Assembly: GCA_905178155.1 (NCBI GenBank)
Contig: CAJINV010000007.1
Coordinates: 3,205,151-3,269,150 of the forward strand
Direction: 5' to 3'
DNA length: 64,000 nt
Source: Amoebophrya sp. A120
Taxonomy: Eukaryota > Protista > Dinoflagellata
Shown here: positions 12,950-24,964 of the stretch, in pieces
Position numbering within the stretch: position 1 is the stretch's first letter
Layout of the letters: every line of letters starts with the position of its first letter
Notes under the pieces: generated by a model
The model's input: the letters and a program-made list of their open reading frames with translations, nothing else
What the model was told of the DNA's origin: nothing
Database searches by the model: none
Program-made: the position numbers and the translations under genes

Positions 12950-14250
12950 ATCAGTTCAGACGCGGAAAGCGGCGAAAGCCCCCGCCCTCAAACCGAACGG
13001 CCTGCGCCGCGCCCCATTCGCTGCGTTTCGCTCGACCCCGCGGCGCCCCATCTAATGGCCGGGCCCGGAACGTGCCGCGGCGCGTTGCACCATCCGGGCG
13101 CCAGGGCTCCGCAGAGCTTGGCGCCAGCTGGCCGCCCGGCAGGGTGGTCGCCGTTCTGGAAGAGCCGCCCGGTGGCGGTGCACCTCGAAAAGAACAGCTT
13201 GGGGCGGCTCGGTTGCAGGGGGCCATGAAGCGGGTGCCCGGCCACCTGTGCAGGCGGCCGCGCTTGGTCTTTAGTTGGGCGAAGAATGGCCCCGCGCGGC
13301 ACCTTCGGCGCGTTGGCAGCCGGGAGCGCAGGCCAGAGCGCCGCAGGGGGATTGGCGTACAGCGGTAGGAGAAGGGCGGCGGTAGCATGGAACGGAAGCC
13401 ACGGAGCCCGGGGCCTAGTCGGGGCCGCCTCCGGGATGCATTTCGGCGGGCTTCGCTTCTGGCTGACGCATTGGGCCGGGACTTGACAGCGCCAAGCCGT
13501 TGCCTTCTCATACATAGTAGCGGAGTCGGCACCCGGCCGAATAGGTAAGGGCCTGCGAAAACTTCCCCGCCGCGAAAACAGTGCGGGGGCCGACTAGCGG
13601 GCGAAAGGCGCCCCGAGGCAAAGCTGCAGGCCGAGGGCTTTCGGGTCATTGTGGTGCGCGACGACGGAAATTGCGGCCCGCGGGCCATTGCCGAGAGTCG
13701 GAGGATATGAAGCCGGGGACCTTCGCCCGGGCGTCCGCAGGCGCATCACCCAGCGCCCGCTTTATGCGCCCCGGGGCCGGCGCAGGCAGGGCCTTGCGGC
13801 CACGCCGCCGCCCCGCCTGGAAGCGGGCAGCGCGCGGCCGGGTACCGGCGCAAGCAAGGCCTTGCGGCCACGCCGCCGCCCCGCCTTGGGGCGGGCAGGC
13901 AGCGCGCGGCTTGGTACCGGCGCCCTCGCCGCGCCCGATCCTTCCGGCCGCGGCCGTCTGTGTTTTTCAGATTGCCTGCGCGCGATCAGGCGCCCGGTGT
14001 GCGCTGGCCCACGCATTGGCTGGGTGCTGAAGGCGCCGGGGAACGGGGCCGCAGCCCCTGCACAAGGAGGGGGCGCCAGCACGCGCGCGGACCCACATCC
14101 CGCGGCGGCCTCTCGTCTCTTACTTCGCTTCGGCGTTTTTGTGGCCAGACCCAGAGTGGCTAGCGCCGTCCGGTACCGGTGCTATCAATGCGTGGGTCTC
14201 TCGATTGATTATAGTGACGACGCAGCGCGTCCGCGTGCGCGGCTCCAAAA
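12950..14250. repeat. GC-rich intergenic island, probably repeat-derived
   Basis: Abrupt rise in GC and no credible ORF. Internal ~68-bp tandem duplication at 13791-13923 (GCCTTGCGGCCACGCCGCCGCCCCGCCT...GGTACCGGCGC). Confidence 0.45.
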
Positions 14251-14691
14251 GCAGCTTTCTTACCAGCCAGATGAGCTCCGTCCCGCATTGCAAGCAGTTG
14301 TGACGCCTGGCTGTTCGTGTTCAGATGTGCACACTCCTCTGCGCGCGTTGCGAGAAGACTTTTCCGAGGACCAAGACTTGTTGCAGCAATGAATGCTTTG
14401 AGGATGGATGGGTTGGCGCGTCGTGTAATATTAGGTTTGCATTGAGAGAGTGAAAGAAGGTGGTCGGGTGCTGCCGTGGCTTAGCTGAAGCCCCTGCCCT
14501 GCGCCTTTTTGCTCTGGGACTTCGTTCCTTTTCAAAAAATGACTTCAATTTGGCGTGCTCGTCCTCGTGTCTAGTCTGGCCTCATTTCGATCTCCCGAAG
14601 CCCATGTCGTCAAATGCCATGCATCGCTAACACGCCGAAGGAAGCTACTTGATTCTAACGTATCACTGCCCACCCCCAGCTGCCTCCTCCC

Positions 14692-17600
14692 ATGGTTTTG
14701 TGTTGTTGTTGTTGCGGTGGAGACGAGCACAGCACCGCCCGAAGATCGTCCCGGCGGTCGGACTCCAGGAGGTCTAGCCGGAAGCACTCGCTGATTTTCG
14801 GCGCTTCCGCCGATATCCACGTGATAAAGCGTAAGGACCGCGGCGAAAAAATCGAGGATTTCTCCGTTTTCTCCACCTCTTCCTCCGAAGAACTACGGGC
14901 AAAGCAACAAGGCGTCGTGCCGCCGCTGCATAACCCCTCGACCGATCCAGCTTCCAGTTCCACACAAAAACCCCCGATCAAGCTTTCCATCCGGGTGGCG
15001 CAGCGACTCGCGAACGGACATAATGAGAACAAGACCGGTGGCACGACGTCGGATCGGGCGGGGGATGGTACAACAGCAGCAGTGGCCAGCAAGGAAAAGG
15101 ATGCCTCCGGTGAACAGAGTGGGAGCACGACTGCTACAGCACACCCATTCAGGGAGCCGCCACAAAAAAGCGCCGGCCCTGGTGACACGAGTAACGCACC
15201 TCCGGCGAAGCCGCAGCATCACCAGCACAAGTTTTCCGAGCACAAAACGCTCTTACTCCCGGGCAACTGGGCAAATTTCACGGGGCGGCAGTGCAGTGAC
15301 TTTCTGCTGAAAGCACTCGAGCTAGAGGACGAAGACGAGCCGCACGGTTTTATCGTGCGGGACGGCACTACGGGTTTTCACTATTACGAGGACGATTTGC
15401 CGCGGCTCGCGAAGGACTGCACCGAGCAGGAGATCGATGAGCAGCAGTTCCAGTTTCTCCCCGCCGTGCTCCACACCAGCAGCAGCTTGGTCTGCGAAAC
15501 CATACACGCGTACGCGGAAAGGAGGGCGACGGTATAGTGTTTGTGTTGCCACCTCTTTGGGGTCAGCGTCAGCGTCGAAAGCATTTTTGCAGATCATGAA
15601 GTGCAGCAAGCCGCTGCTGGTGTAAGTATGTATCAGCAAGCAAGAACGCATAACGCAACGTGAACCTCGTTAAGTGAAATCAATCGATATCGATCCACCC
15701 ACAGACCTTCGTTGACCCTTTGCAGCACACGGAGATCGAATTGCTGCTTCGCCACAAGATGCAGATCGGCTTCAAGCTTTACTGGGTCACCCGCCTGGCT
15801 CGGGAGCCCCTGCTGCGCTACTTCCAAGTCGTTGGCAACAAGGCCGGGGACTACAGCCTGAAGTGCTTTCTGCACGAGAATCCGCTGCAAGACAGCGAGG
15901 GAGAGCAAATTGAGTTCGACCACTGTTCGCTGCTGCTCGGCCAGCAGAACCACTCCGGGTTCGATTTCCATGACGATTTGTTCCACTGCGAAGCGTTTTC
16001 CTTCTCTCTCGTCTTCACGAAAACCTCTGACACCCTTCTGCCAGAAACCCTGCAACGGTTCCAAATCCTCAACCTGATCGCCTGTTCGCAGCTGGAATAC
16101 GATTACATCGTCGGGGTGTTCAAGGCCCTGATTCTGAACGCGAAAAGCCAGAAGGTCAGCAAGAAGCTGCTCTTATCCTTTGTAAAAACGTCCCCACCCC
16201 AGAGTTGTAATGCAAATGGAAATGCGCAATGACAGGAACATTTGTAATGCGCATCCCCATGAGAGGTATTTCCAATCGTGATTTGGCATTTGTAATGCTG
16301 TAAACAGGATGAGAAGTTGGCTTTCTCATGCGGCTTGCCTTGCTATGCACCACTATACTACAGACGGAAACTTGTCATGCACAACTCCCAAAGCTTGCCG
16401 ATTTGTCTAGCAGATTTCCCATCTTGACTCTGGCGTGGGGACGTTTTTACTCAGGATAGCTCTTCAACCACAGCGCGCGCTGGCAGGACGCCTACGCGGC
16501 GGCGGAGTTGAGGTCGTCGTTTCTTTATCAAATGCAAAAATGTCTAGGTCTGGAAAAGTGTAGACTTGTCATGCAGATTTTCCATGACCCATGAGGTCTG
16601 GAATGCGGGACTTAGCACGACAGACTTTGCGAGGTCTCTGCCATGCCTATCCTGCATGAGAAACTTCCTTCAAACTTGGTCAAAAGTGTACCGCTTTTGG
16701 CACTCATGCAACACAGATTTTTGCATGCTTCAGATTCACCATGACAAGTTGCAATCTTCCACACCCTGACACTTTTGCAATTCATATTCTTCCCTTTCTG
16801 CTCGGGTACAACTACACAGAGATGTTTATGAACAGCAGCGGGGGAACTACAGCAACTGCAAATTCCATCACGGCATTGAGCGAAATCGACTTTTGTCTGC
16901 GGTCGTTGCAGAAATCAAGGAAGCTGCTCGAGGACGCCGCGTTGCTCGATCCGTTTCAACAGAAGGAACTGCCAGGCGTTGCTGGTGGCAGAGACAGTGG
17001 CGTTTCCCCCTTACCGCCTGCTTCCCCAGCAGCGCCCGCGGCTTCCCCGGCCCTGGAATCCGCGCGCTCGGTGCCGGAAACAATCCGGACGGAATACGAC
17101 ACGGAAATCGAACGGTATGACAACTCTGACAATGAAGAGAACGAAAATGACGCCCACCTTTTTAACTCCCCGCGCGCCAAACGCTTTTCCGTTACTTACG
17201 CCGACACGGTGTGGAACTCCGAGCCGGAGAGGATGTTTGCGGAACCGACTTTGCAAATGCTGTTTCACCTCCCGCCGGCGAAGCTTTTTGAGCGGCATTC
17301 GGAGATCGCCGAAAAGGCGGAAAAACACCGGAACGCGTGGATCTACGTGTTTCCCGAGGCGGTGCTGCACGCAGGTCTGAAGAACTCCTTCACGTACGTG
17401 GACTACGAAAGGAAAGCCTACCGCTCCGCCATCCGCGAATGTCGGAGGTATCTGAAGGAAGCCATGCGGGAGCTTGGGGTTGCGGCCGCGCAGGCCGAAA
17501 ATTTTGGCAGTGCCACTGCTAGTGCTTCGAACCACAACCAACGGCGTCGAGACACCTTTGCCGCAGCGTCGCCGGAGGACGTGCTACTGGAGGCTGGTGG

Positions 17601-18352
17601 GGGACTCGTGAACAAGAAGCAAGAGACGCTTGTCGAGCGGAACAGATGGATAACAGCGTGGAAGAAAGCAAAGCCGGAACAAAAACTCGTCGTCGTCATT
17701 TACGAATACAAGGTAAGTACTTACACCACAGCTGCGGTAAATTCGATATGATTTTTCAAGTTTTCTCGAGCTTTCAAATTGCTTTTGCATGGTGAGAGAG
17801 TTAATAAAGACAACATCTGAGTGAAAGATCTGTCGCAAAATCCACCTTTACCACCCCAGGCCGGCCTCGAGCTTTCGTGTGCGGAAGTCCTGTACCGACG
17901 TGCCTGCAACTTTCTCAAAGTTTCTACCGATAGCACAATCACCTCGAGACTCGCTTCGGTTCCGCCGCCGCTGCTGAAACAGCAAGAGCTGTCTTCGGGG
18001 AGTACTTCTGGACTTGGGGCGCTGACCGGGAGCTGTGGCGTCAGCGATTTCACCAATCCGGTGCGGGAGAGAATGTTTTTGGCGTGTTTGCGGCAGGAGG
18101 CGGTAGATGCCTTCGGAGGGCCGGACTCGCTCAAAACGGCGAATGTCGGCGGGGCGGGAAAGGGAAAGTTGTAGGCACTTGGGCATTGGTTCGCGACGTT
18201 TCGTTGGTTTTGACATAGGCATCTTCATCGTTTCACTTGGAAGAGCTTGTGAGAGGACCTCTGTGTCTGTACGATGAATTATGTTTCGAAAACGAGATGA
18301 ATCGAGGAAGAACTGTTGCAGAAAGAGGATATCGTTCACAAAAGTGCACTGA
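14692..18352 (+). CDS. Large hypothetical protein with N-terminal poly-Cys (MVLCCCCCGG)
   Basis: Exons approx. 14692-15531, 15704-16173, 16464-16525, 16792-17712, 17860-18169, 18322-18352. The frame is continuous after removing E3 and E4 plus one TSD each (KKLLFNHSARW..LRSSFLPFLLGY). Confidence 0.65.
16174..16458. mobile_element. TIR intronic element, family A (E3), 285 bp
   Basis: 32-bp TIR with 29/32 match (left TATCCTTTGTAAAAACGTCCCCACCCCAGAGT). Perfect TSD GCTCT at 16169-16173 and 16459-16463. Homologous to E5. Confidence 0.9.
16526..16786. mobile_element. TIR intronic element, family B (E4), 261 bp
   Basis: 30-bp TIR with 24/30 match (left TATCAAATGCAAAAATGTCTAGGTCTGGAA). Perfect TSD TTCTT at 16521-16525 and 16787-16791. 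Homologous to the reverse complement of E7. Confidence 0.9.
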
Positions 18353-18840
18353 CCTGGACCATTTCGTTGCTTCTTTCAAAATTGCCATATCAAAAAATCA
18401 ATGTTTTGGTCAACAGAAGTGGATTTGAAATGTCCTATGTTCTGAGAAGCAAACGATATGCGCGTCGATTTGCAAATGAGTATGTCGAACATCATGCCGT
18501 ACTCACCTTTTTACCTAGCCGGATCTCATACTTGCCTTTGGATCCACTTCCTTTGCAAACTTACACTGTTTTCGAGATCATGGTTCATTTTTTTGCAAAA
18601 TTTTTGTTTCTGTTTTCCCTCAATCTTATAGTCAAAGTCATCTGTTGTTTCGAGCATGTAGCTGGACGTGATCTGTGCCCGATTGCGACTTTCTACATCA
18701 TTACTCTACCAGGTACACTCACAGAGAGCGTAAAATTGAAAATGTTTGATGTTCAGAAGTACTAGAGCACATGCGCTGGACGCTATAGAAATCCACCTGA
18801 TTGAGATTGACGCCCGACCATTGACGTAACGCACCCAACC

Positions 18841-21039
18841 ATGGAGCTGATTCGCGCTTTACCCGGGCATCGGGGCGATGTGGAGCTTTTAGCCGTGCTG
18901 GAAAAGGAGCAACTTCTCGTGTCCGCCTCGGCAGAAGACGGTACCCTACGGGTCTGGAATTTGTACGAGAACATCAAGGGTAGCTGTTCTGCCGGTCCGG
19001 ATACCAGCAAAACGTGTGTCGCGGTCATTGACGTGAAAGATTTCGTATGTGCCTCCGCTGAGGAAGATGCTGGTCGTATAGCAGCTGCAAAAAAAGCAGC
19101 TATGACAAGCCCTGCTAGTGACACCGATGTTGAAGCCCCTTTTCTAGACGAGGACGAGAAGACAAAGGCCTCCGAGAGCAGCAGGGAAGAAGAGGAGGAC
19201 GAGCGGTGTACAGTGACAGCTCTGGACGCTGTTGTTTCGTTGAAGCCAGCAAATGGGGACCACTCAAGTGCTTCTTCGAAAGTGTTGCAGATTTTCGTCG
19301 GTGTTTCCGATCTCTTGCAGGCCGACTGTGACAAAATTGAGGCGAAGGTGTTGAAATTGCGCAGAAATTATGGGGGTGAAGCGACAGGAGCAGCGACTTC
19401 TGAAGTAGTTGTCGAGGAAAAGGTGGAGCAAAGCCTAGAAAATGCGTGTGATGCGGGGCACGGAGGAGCTGGAGCGGAGAAGGAAGCATGTACTGAGCAA
19501 GTAGGCATTGCCACCCGCCAGGATGAAGCAGAGGAGCAAAAATGGAGCATGGTGCTAGGCTATGAGATTCCGCTCGAGCAGCTCTTACCCAGAGATATTG
19601 GTAGTGCAACCGAAGTAGAAAGTACTAGCGGCGCAGCCGACGGAGATGATCTCTCTGCTGCAGAAGAAGCCGCCCCTGACCAGGGATCAGCTGCTATTTC
19701 TGAGGTCGATGACGAAGCCGAAACCGAGTCTGAACCTTTCTTGTTCAAGCCCGCACTCCACAGCTCATTCGCGCTACCCGACGCGATCGCGAGTTTGCGA
19801 TGCTTTCAGTTGCCTTTTGAGCAAAGATCACGCGCCCTCGCAATCGCCTGTGACGACGGGTCAGTCACGGTCGGTCAAGTTGGAGAAGCGGAGATCTTCG
19901 AAAATAACTGCACAAAAGTCGTTCACGAAAACATCTGCAGCGACGTAGTGCCACTAAGCTTGACAAAGATGGAACAGGACGAAGATCATTCCAAGAACAA
20001 CAACACGACAAGAAATTTACCGCCAACAGCTGCTGCGAAGGACAAAGAAGTTGCCGCGAAGACCCACCCTGTTTCGAGCCAACTTGTGTTAGTCTCCGGC
20101 GGCTATGACCAAGCGTTTTCGTTGCAGAAAGTGAAGAGGAATTTTATTGGCAGTGACAAAGACCCCTGCGCTAGTGGGCAGGTAGAATTTTCATCTGCCG
20201 ACAAACACAACGCGGTCTCAGTCACGGACCTGCGCGCTTTCAGGGATAAAGAGCTGCAGAGGAGAAATCGCACGGCCGCGAGGAAAAAGCAAGATGAGAT
20301 GGAAGAAGCCCCGGCGCAGAATATGATGGTGAATCCTCCCTATGTGACGCATTTTTGCCTACTGGAGCAAGACCCGGAGGACGCTATCGCTGCTAAAGCT
20401 TGTTCAACAGCGGCACCGCAAAGTCAGAAATCGGACTTGGGAAGAAAGCAGCAAGGTAGAAGGCGGATTTTGAATCGCAACAAGAACGAGAAGGGGGCAG
20501 ATCATCATGTGGGGGAGTCATCCTCCTCTTGGTGCTTTAGTGCCTTGACACAGCATCAAGACCACAGCTGCGCTGCCAACGCGAAACCAGAAAAGAAGAC
20601 CTACCGTCTCTTAGCCGGTCTGGGCGACGGAAGTGTGCTGGTGCTGAGCCCCGGGGCGGGAGCTGGTTCGAGTGACCCCGCTTGTTCCAAATTTGCGACC
20701 AGAACTTCTTCCTCTGCTCGCAATTTTTGCAAGGCTCCGCTGCAAGTAGAAAACGCGTTCGAAGCCCACGGCGCTGGAATCGCAGCGCTCGCATGTTTCG
20801 GTTCGAACCTGATCGCCACGGCGCATAAGAATGTCGTGCGGGTGTGGGCTAGTACTGTGCGGAAGGACGGGAAGAACACCGGCACGGGTTCTGAAGAAGT
20901 GTGGAGTATGCAATCGGAGATGACGCTGTCAAACCGCGTCAACAATTTGAAATTTCTGGATTCAAACCGCCTGTTGGTAGCAGACACGAGTTCACTGATT
21001 CGCATGTATGCCTTGGCCACGGGAGGAGCGACTCGATGA
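18841..21039 (+). CDS. WD40-repeat protein with long low-complexity insertions, single exon
   Basis: 732-aa ORF with LPGHRGDV..LVSASAEDGTLRVWNL, LVSGGYDQ and AFEAHGAGIAAL..VVRVW. Confidence 0.8.
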   Translation: MELIRALPGHRGDVELLAVLEKEQLLVSASAEDGTLRVWNLYENIKGSCSAGPDTSKTCVAVIDVKDFVCASAEEDAGRIAAAKKAAMTSPASDTDVEAPFLDEDEKTKASESSREEEEDERCTVTALDAVVSLKPANGDHSSASSKVLQIFVGVSDLLQADCDKIEAKVLKLRRNYGGEATGAATSEVVVEEKVEQSLENACDAGHGGAGAEKEACTEQVGIATRQDEAEEQKWSMVLGYEIPLEQLLPRDIGSATEVESTSGAADGDDLSAAEEAAPDQGSAAISEVDDEAETESEPFLFKPALHSSFALPDAIASLRCFQLPFEQRSRALAIACDDGSVTVGQVGEAEIFENNCTKVVHENICSDVVPLSLTKMEQDEDHSKNNNTTRNLPPTAAAKDKEVAAKTHPVSSQLVLVSGGYDQAFSLQKVKRNFIGSDKDPCASGQVEFSSADKHNAVSVTDLRAFRDKELQRRNRTAARKKQDEMEEAPAQNMMVNPPYVTHFCLLEQDPEDAIAAKACSTAAPQSQKSDLGRKQQGRRRILNRNKNEKGADHHVGESSSSWCFSALTQHQDHSCAANAKPEKKTYRLLAGLGDGSVLVLSPGAGAGSSDPACSKFATRTSSSARNFCKAPLQVENAFEAHGAGIAALACFGSNLIATAHKNVVRVWASTVRKDGKNTGTGSEEVWSMQSEMTLSNRVNNLKFLDSNRLLVADTSSLIRMYALATGGATR

Positions 21040-21693
21040 CAGTTTCCATGCCATTCTAGCAGCGACAAAAAACAAAAACATTCCTTCGAAACAAGCCACC
21101 CAGTTTTCGATTTCGTTCATTTCACAATCTAGCGACGCAGTATCACATCGATTGCACATGATTAGAATTATTTCCCTGGTTTTTGTTCTAGGTGATGATC
21201 TTCATCGTTTGTTCACTACGAAGAAGCGACTCCTCAATAAGTTTTTCGTTTGATTATTTTCGTTTCCTTTTTGTCGTTGTCCCTCCGGGTGGGAAAAGAA
21301 ATCGTATTCGATTAGCGCTTCTTCTTCGTGGTCGTCGGGGAGATGTCGGGTTTGGCTCGGTGGTGCAGTACTGAGAGGAGTGCGAGGGAAGAGATAGTGT
21401 CTTAGGGGCTTGTTTCTTCGACACATACTTTTGAATGTACATCGTTTACCTTTTATCGTCCGGTGTTGAAGGTGTCCCATTAGATATTCAGCCTCGGGAA
21501 GATCGATCACGAGGAGAGACGGTGTAAATTTACGACGTGAAAAAATAGGAACTCTGCTTCTAAAAGAGGCTTTTTTGAAGATTTGGCAAACGCCACCATC
21601 TTTCGAAGTGGATGAGGAATTTCTATTTCGACATTAGCACCATTATTTGAACACTGTTTTAGTTGCAACAACATTCCTGCGTAGTAGCACAAA

Positions 21694-22746
21694 ATGGCTT
21701 CGGAACCCTCTCCTGCAGTCGAGAAAGCCGAGTTCTGCGAGGATCGACTCCAGGAGCTGCTGAGCAGCAATGTTAGCATCAAAGCCTCGCAGTTGAAATC
21801 ACTAGATCCAAACTGTTTCCAGCGCTTCACGGCTGACGAAAGGCGCGCAGTTGCCAACGTGCCCGTCCCCTTCTGCCGCCTGATGGCTCGTTTTGTTTTG
21901 GAGTTAGAAGACAGGTGTACGGCAGAGCAGGCTGGTCCCCTACTGAACGTCTCCCTGCCGTTTTTGATGTGTACGCTTTATGGTCCAACAGATGGAGGGT
22001 TGCAGACGTTTGGGAACCTGGCGCTTTCCGAATGGCTGAGGGAACGGCATGCGGTCATCCTCGAGAAGTTCCGAGGAGCAGAGCTGGAGATTCATGCCCT
22101 GTTCCTTCCCCCGACGAAGCTCACCCAAGAACCCCTCACAATGACCATCACTATCACCGACACCCTCTTCGAGCAAATATTCGTACTTTTCGAACGTGAG
22201 GACCGGTGGCAGAGGCGGAAACTGTTCGTCCTCTCGAATCCGTCCTTCAATTCCGCCTTGAGCAGTAGACTGGAGCACAGTACTCACCTGCGAGGAGCGG
22301 AAGCGGAGCAGGAGCCGGAAGCCGCACACCCAGGAACGGCCGCTGAACAAGCCACGCACTCTATTTCTTCGGAAGAAACAATCCCAGTAGCTGATGCGGA
22401 AAATATTGAGCAACAGGACAGCGACGATGTAGTGCCTGGAGTAGATCAGCAAGAAGAACAGGGCGACGGGAATAAACTACAACTACACGATCCCGATGCC
22501 GAAGCAATACATCGCACAAAGACTTCTACGATTGTTGGTATAACAGCAACAGCATCGAGTAAAGAACCGCGTGCCAGCTCCTCTTCCACCGCGTCTACAG
22601 CTCTACCGAGCTCCGCAGCTAGTACCAGAAGCTCCGGGGCGTTTCCGGGTATTCTGCAGTTGGAAACGATGTTGGCAGGGAGGAAATGCGACATTCACCA
22701 GATTCCGCCGGAGCTCTGGCGGGAACACATTTTGAAATTCCTGTAA
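21694..22746 (+). CDS. Hypothetical protein with C-terminal F-box-like motif
   Basis: 350-aa intronless ORF ending DIHQIPPELWREHILKFL*. Confidence 0.65.
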   Translation: MASEPSPAVEKAEFCEDRLQELLSSNVSIKASQLKSLDPNCFQRFTADERRAVANVPVPFCRLMARFVLELEDRCTAEQAGPLLNVSLPFLMCTLYGPTDGGLQTFGNLALSEWLRERHAVILEKFRGAELEIHALFLPPTKLTQEPLTMTITITDTLFEQIFVLFEREDRWQRRKLFVLSNPSFNSALSSRLEHSTHLRGAEAEQEPEAAHPGTAAEQATHSISSEETIPVADAENIEQQDSDDVVPGVDQQEEQGDGNKLQLHDPDAEAIHRTKTSTIVGITATASSKEPRASSSSTASTALPSSAASTRSSGAFPGILQLETMLAGRKCDIHQIPPELWREHILKFL

Positions 22747-23739
22747 AATTAATAGAAACTCGAACCTCAGCAACTGGAACAATACCTAAAACGAAGCGTA
22801 TTGTTTGATCTGAAGCTCAAGTTCCTGATGAAAATGAGCTGTAAGTTCGGGTATGGAGTTAAGTACTTAGTTGTACCTGAAGATGTTTCTTATGTCTGTT
22901 TCGAACAACGTATCTTGTTGTATGCTGACCTAACGAAAATATCGCGACCCATTCCCGTAAAAATCAAAAAACTCGAGAGGTTCCTGCCGAACTATTGTAT
23001 TTGCTGTTGTTTCGTAGTCGTACAGGTTGATTTCCGCCTTAACCTAATCCTGGCACCAGAAGCGAACTCTTCAATTTTGTAAAAACGTACTAGAGCATCC
23101 AGGTCGCGAATTGTAGCTCACACACAGATGCTGATGCGAACGTTGAATACACAGAACTTTGCTGATAAAGCAATTTTGCATCTTTGATCATGTACAGAAA
23201 CATCAAAGCCCCTGAACTCTTTACAACTTTTCTCTACGCCAATTGTGATGTAGTCGACCAGCACTACACTTCCTTGAACTTGCAAAGCGAGCAGCTAAGT
23301 CAAGAGATGTGCCCATTCATCCGGGTGACTTGCTGCCTCAGCGGTACAACGGGTACCACAGAAGCTTGCTTCGTTCGTCTCGTCTTTGCTGTAAACTGTA
23401 CACTGTCTGTCAGGTGAAGAGGTCTATCATATCCGCAGATCAAAGTGCAGCTTTCCGAAACTGTCGCTCTGCGTTTTCTGAAGTTTTTGTTTTGCAATTG
23501 CAACTTTCTATATCTATTCCTACGGACGATCTGTTTTTTTTGTCTTGATCTTCTTTCGTCGACTATCTGAAGATCATACGTCAGCTGTAGTTCATACAGC
23601 TGCAACTGCCGCAAAGTCACGAACGCTCAAGGAGTAGCTAAGATTTTGTATTCGTTTTCGTTATAATTTTTGAGTTCGACGAGCGATTCTTGTTTCGAGT
23701 TCCCATCTTCAATAAATTCAAAAATTTGAAATATCAACC

Positions 23740-24964
23740 ATGCGCGTTGGTATTGTGGGTTACGGCTCGCTGGGCCAGTTTCTGTGTGAAAAAGTTTTGG
23801 AAGAAGGAACGGCCGCCTCCGAAATCGACATCGTCTGGGTATGGAACAGAACGGCTAGCAAAGTCGTGGGACTGCCGCAAACGGTGAAAGTGTTGCAGGA
23901 TCTGGAAGCCGACTACTTTTCTCTGCTGGAAAACGGAAATAAAGGTGGCGACGAGGAGGCCGCCAAAGCGGTCGCAGTGGATCTGATTGTGGAAGTTGCG
24001 CACCCGGACCTATCGAACCAGTACGCCGTGCGGTTTCTGCAGTTCGCGGATTACTACATGGGGTCCCCGACCGCAATGGCAAACGCCGAGTTGTACGAAA
24101 AATTGCAAACGGCAGCGAAAAGCGAGGCAGTGAAGGGATCATTGTAAAGAAAATACTTCTCAGACGCCCCCAGGATCGTGTTGATGTTCGAAATAGATGC
24201 AGTTGCGTGCCCATTTAAAGCACATGCACTGGGACGACCAAATAAAGTGTGCCTAAGATCACGGTAATGGTATCATTCAAAACCCGATCGAATACCGAGA
24301 CAAAAACTTCAGATACCTCCCCGTCGGCGCTTTGTGGTGCGCCAGCGACTTGCAGCGCATGGCAGAGCTTGGCACACTGAAGCGCCTGTGTGTGACGATG
24401 AAGAAGCACCCGAAATCGTTGAAGCTAACCCCAGGCACCGAGCTTGCGGAAAAACTAGAAAACATCATCGCACAGGGGGATACAACAAGTTCCAGCGCTC
24501 CCGCATGTTCATCATCCGGAGTCGGTGCAGACGAGAAATCCACCACCGCGTCCCCAACAAGCACGGATCCGGAGGTGGCTACTGCAAATGGTGTAGTAGA
24601 ACCGGCGAGTTCCTCTATCAAGCTGAAACCCGGCGAGCACGTAATTTTCCATGGGTCGGTCCGGGAACTCTGTCCCCTAGCGCCGAACAACGTGAACACA
24701 ATGGCCTGTGCGGCCATCGCGGGCAGTAATCTGGGCTTCGACAAGACCGAGGCGAGATTAGTCGCGGACTACAATCTAACGACGGAGCACGTGATCGACA
24801 TACGAGTGGACGGGCCAGACGGGTTTTTTGTGGAGTGCACACGGGTAAACCCAGCGAAAGTTGGGGCGGTCACCGGACAGCAGACCTACCTGTCGTTTCT
24901 GCACAGCCTAAGAAAGTGCTGCGTAGCGATCCAGGGGAAGCAGAACGGCGTGTTTTTCTGCTGA
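23740..24964 (+). CDS. ASPDH: Aspartate dehydrogenase domain-containing protein (ASPDH/NadX-like)
   Basis: Rossmann motif RVGIVGYGSLG, DLIVEVAHP, LYLPVGALW (across a GT-AG intron ~24143-24312), GSVRELCPLAPNNVNTMA and NPAKVGAVTG. Confidence 0.85.

Noticed and set aside
12650-14392. Long overlapping ORFs (up to 247 aa) in the GC island
   Set aside because: Arg/Pro/Ala/Gly-rich translations in several frames are expected from stop-codon scarcity, and no domain motifs are visible.
16174-16786. Reading the elements as Tc1/mariner or IES-like with a TA target duplication
   Set aside because: Removing element plus one TA does not restore the frame. The exact 5-bp duplications outside the TA do.
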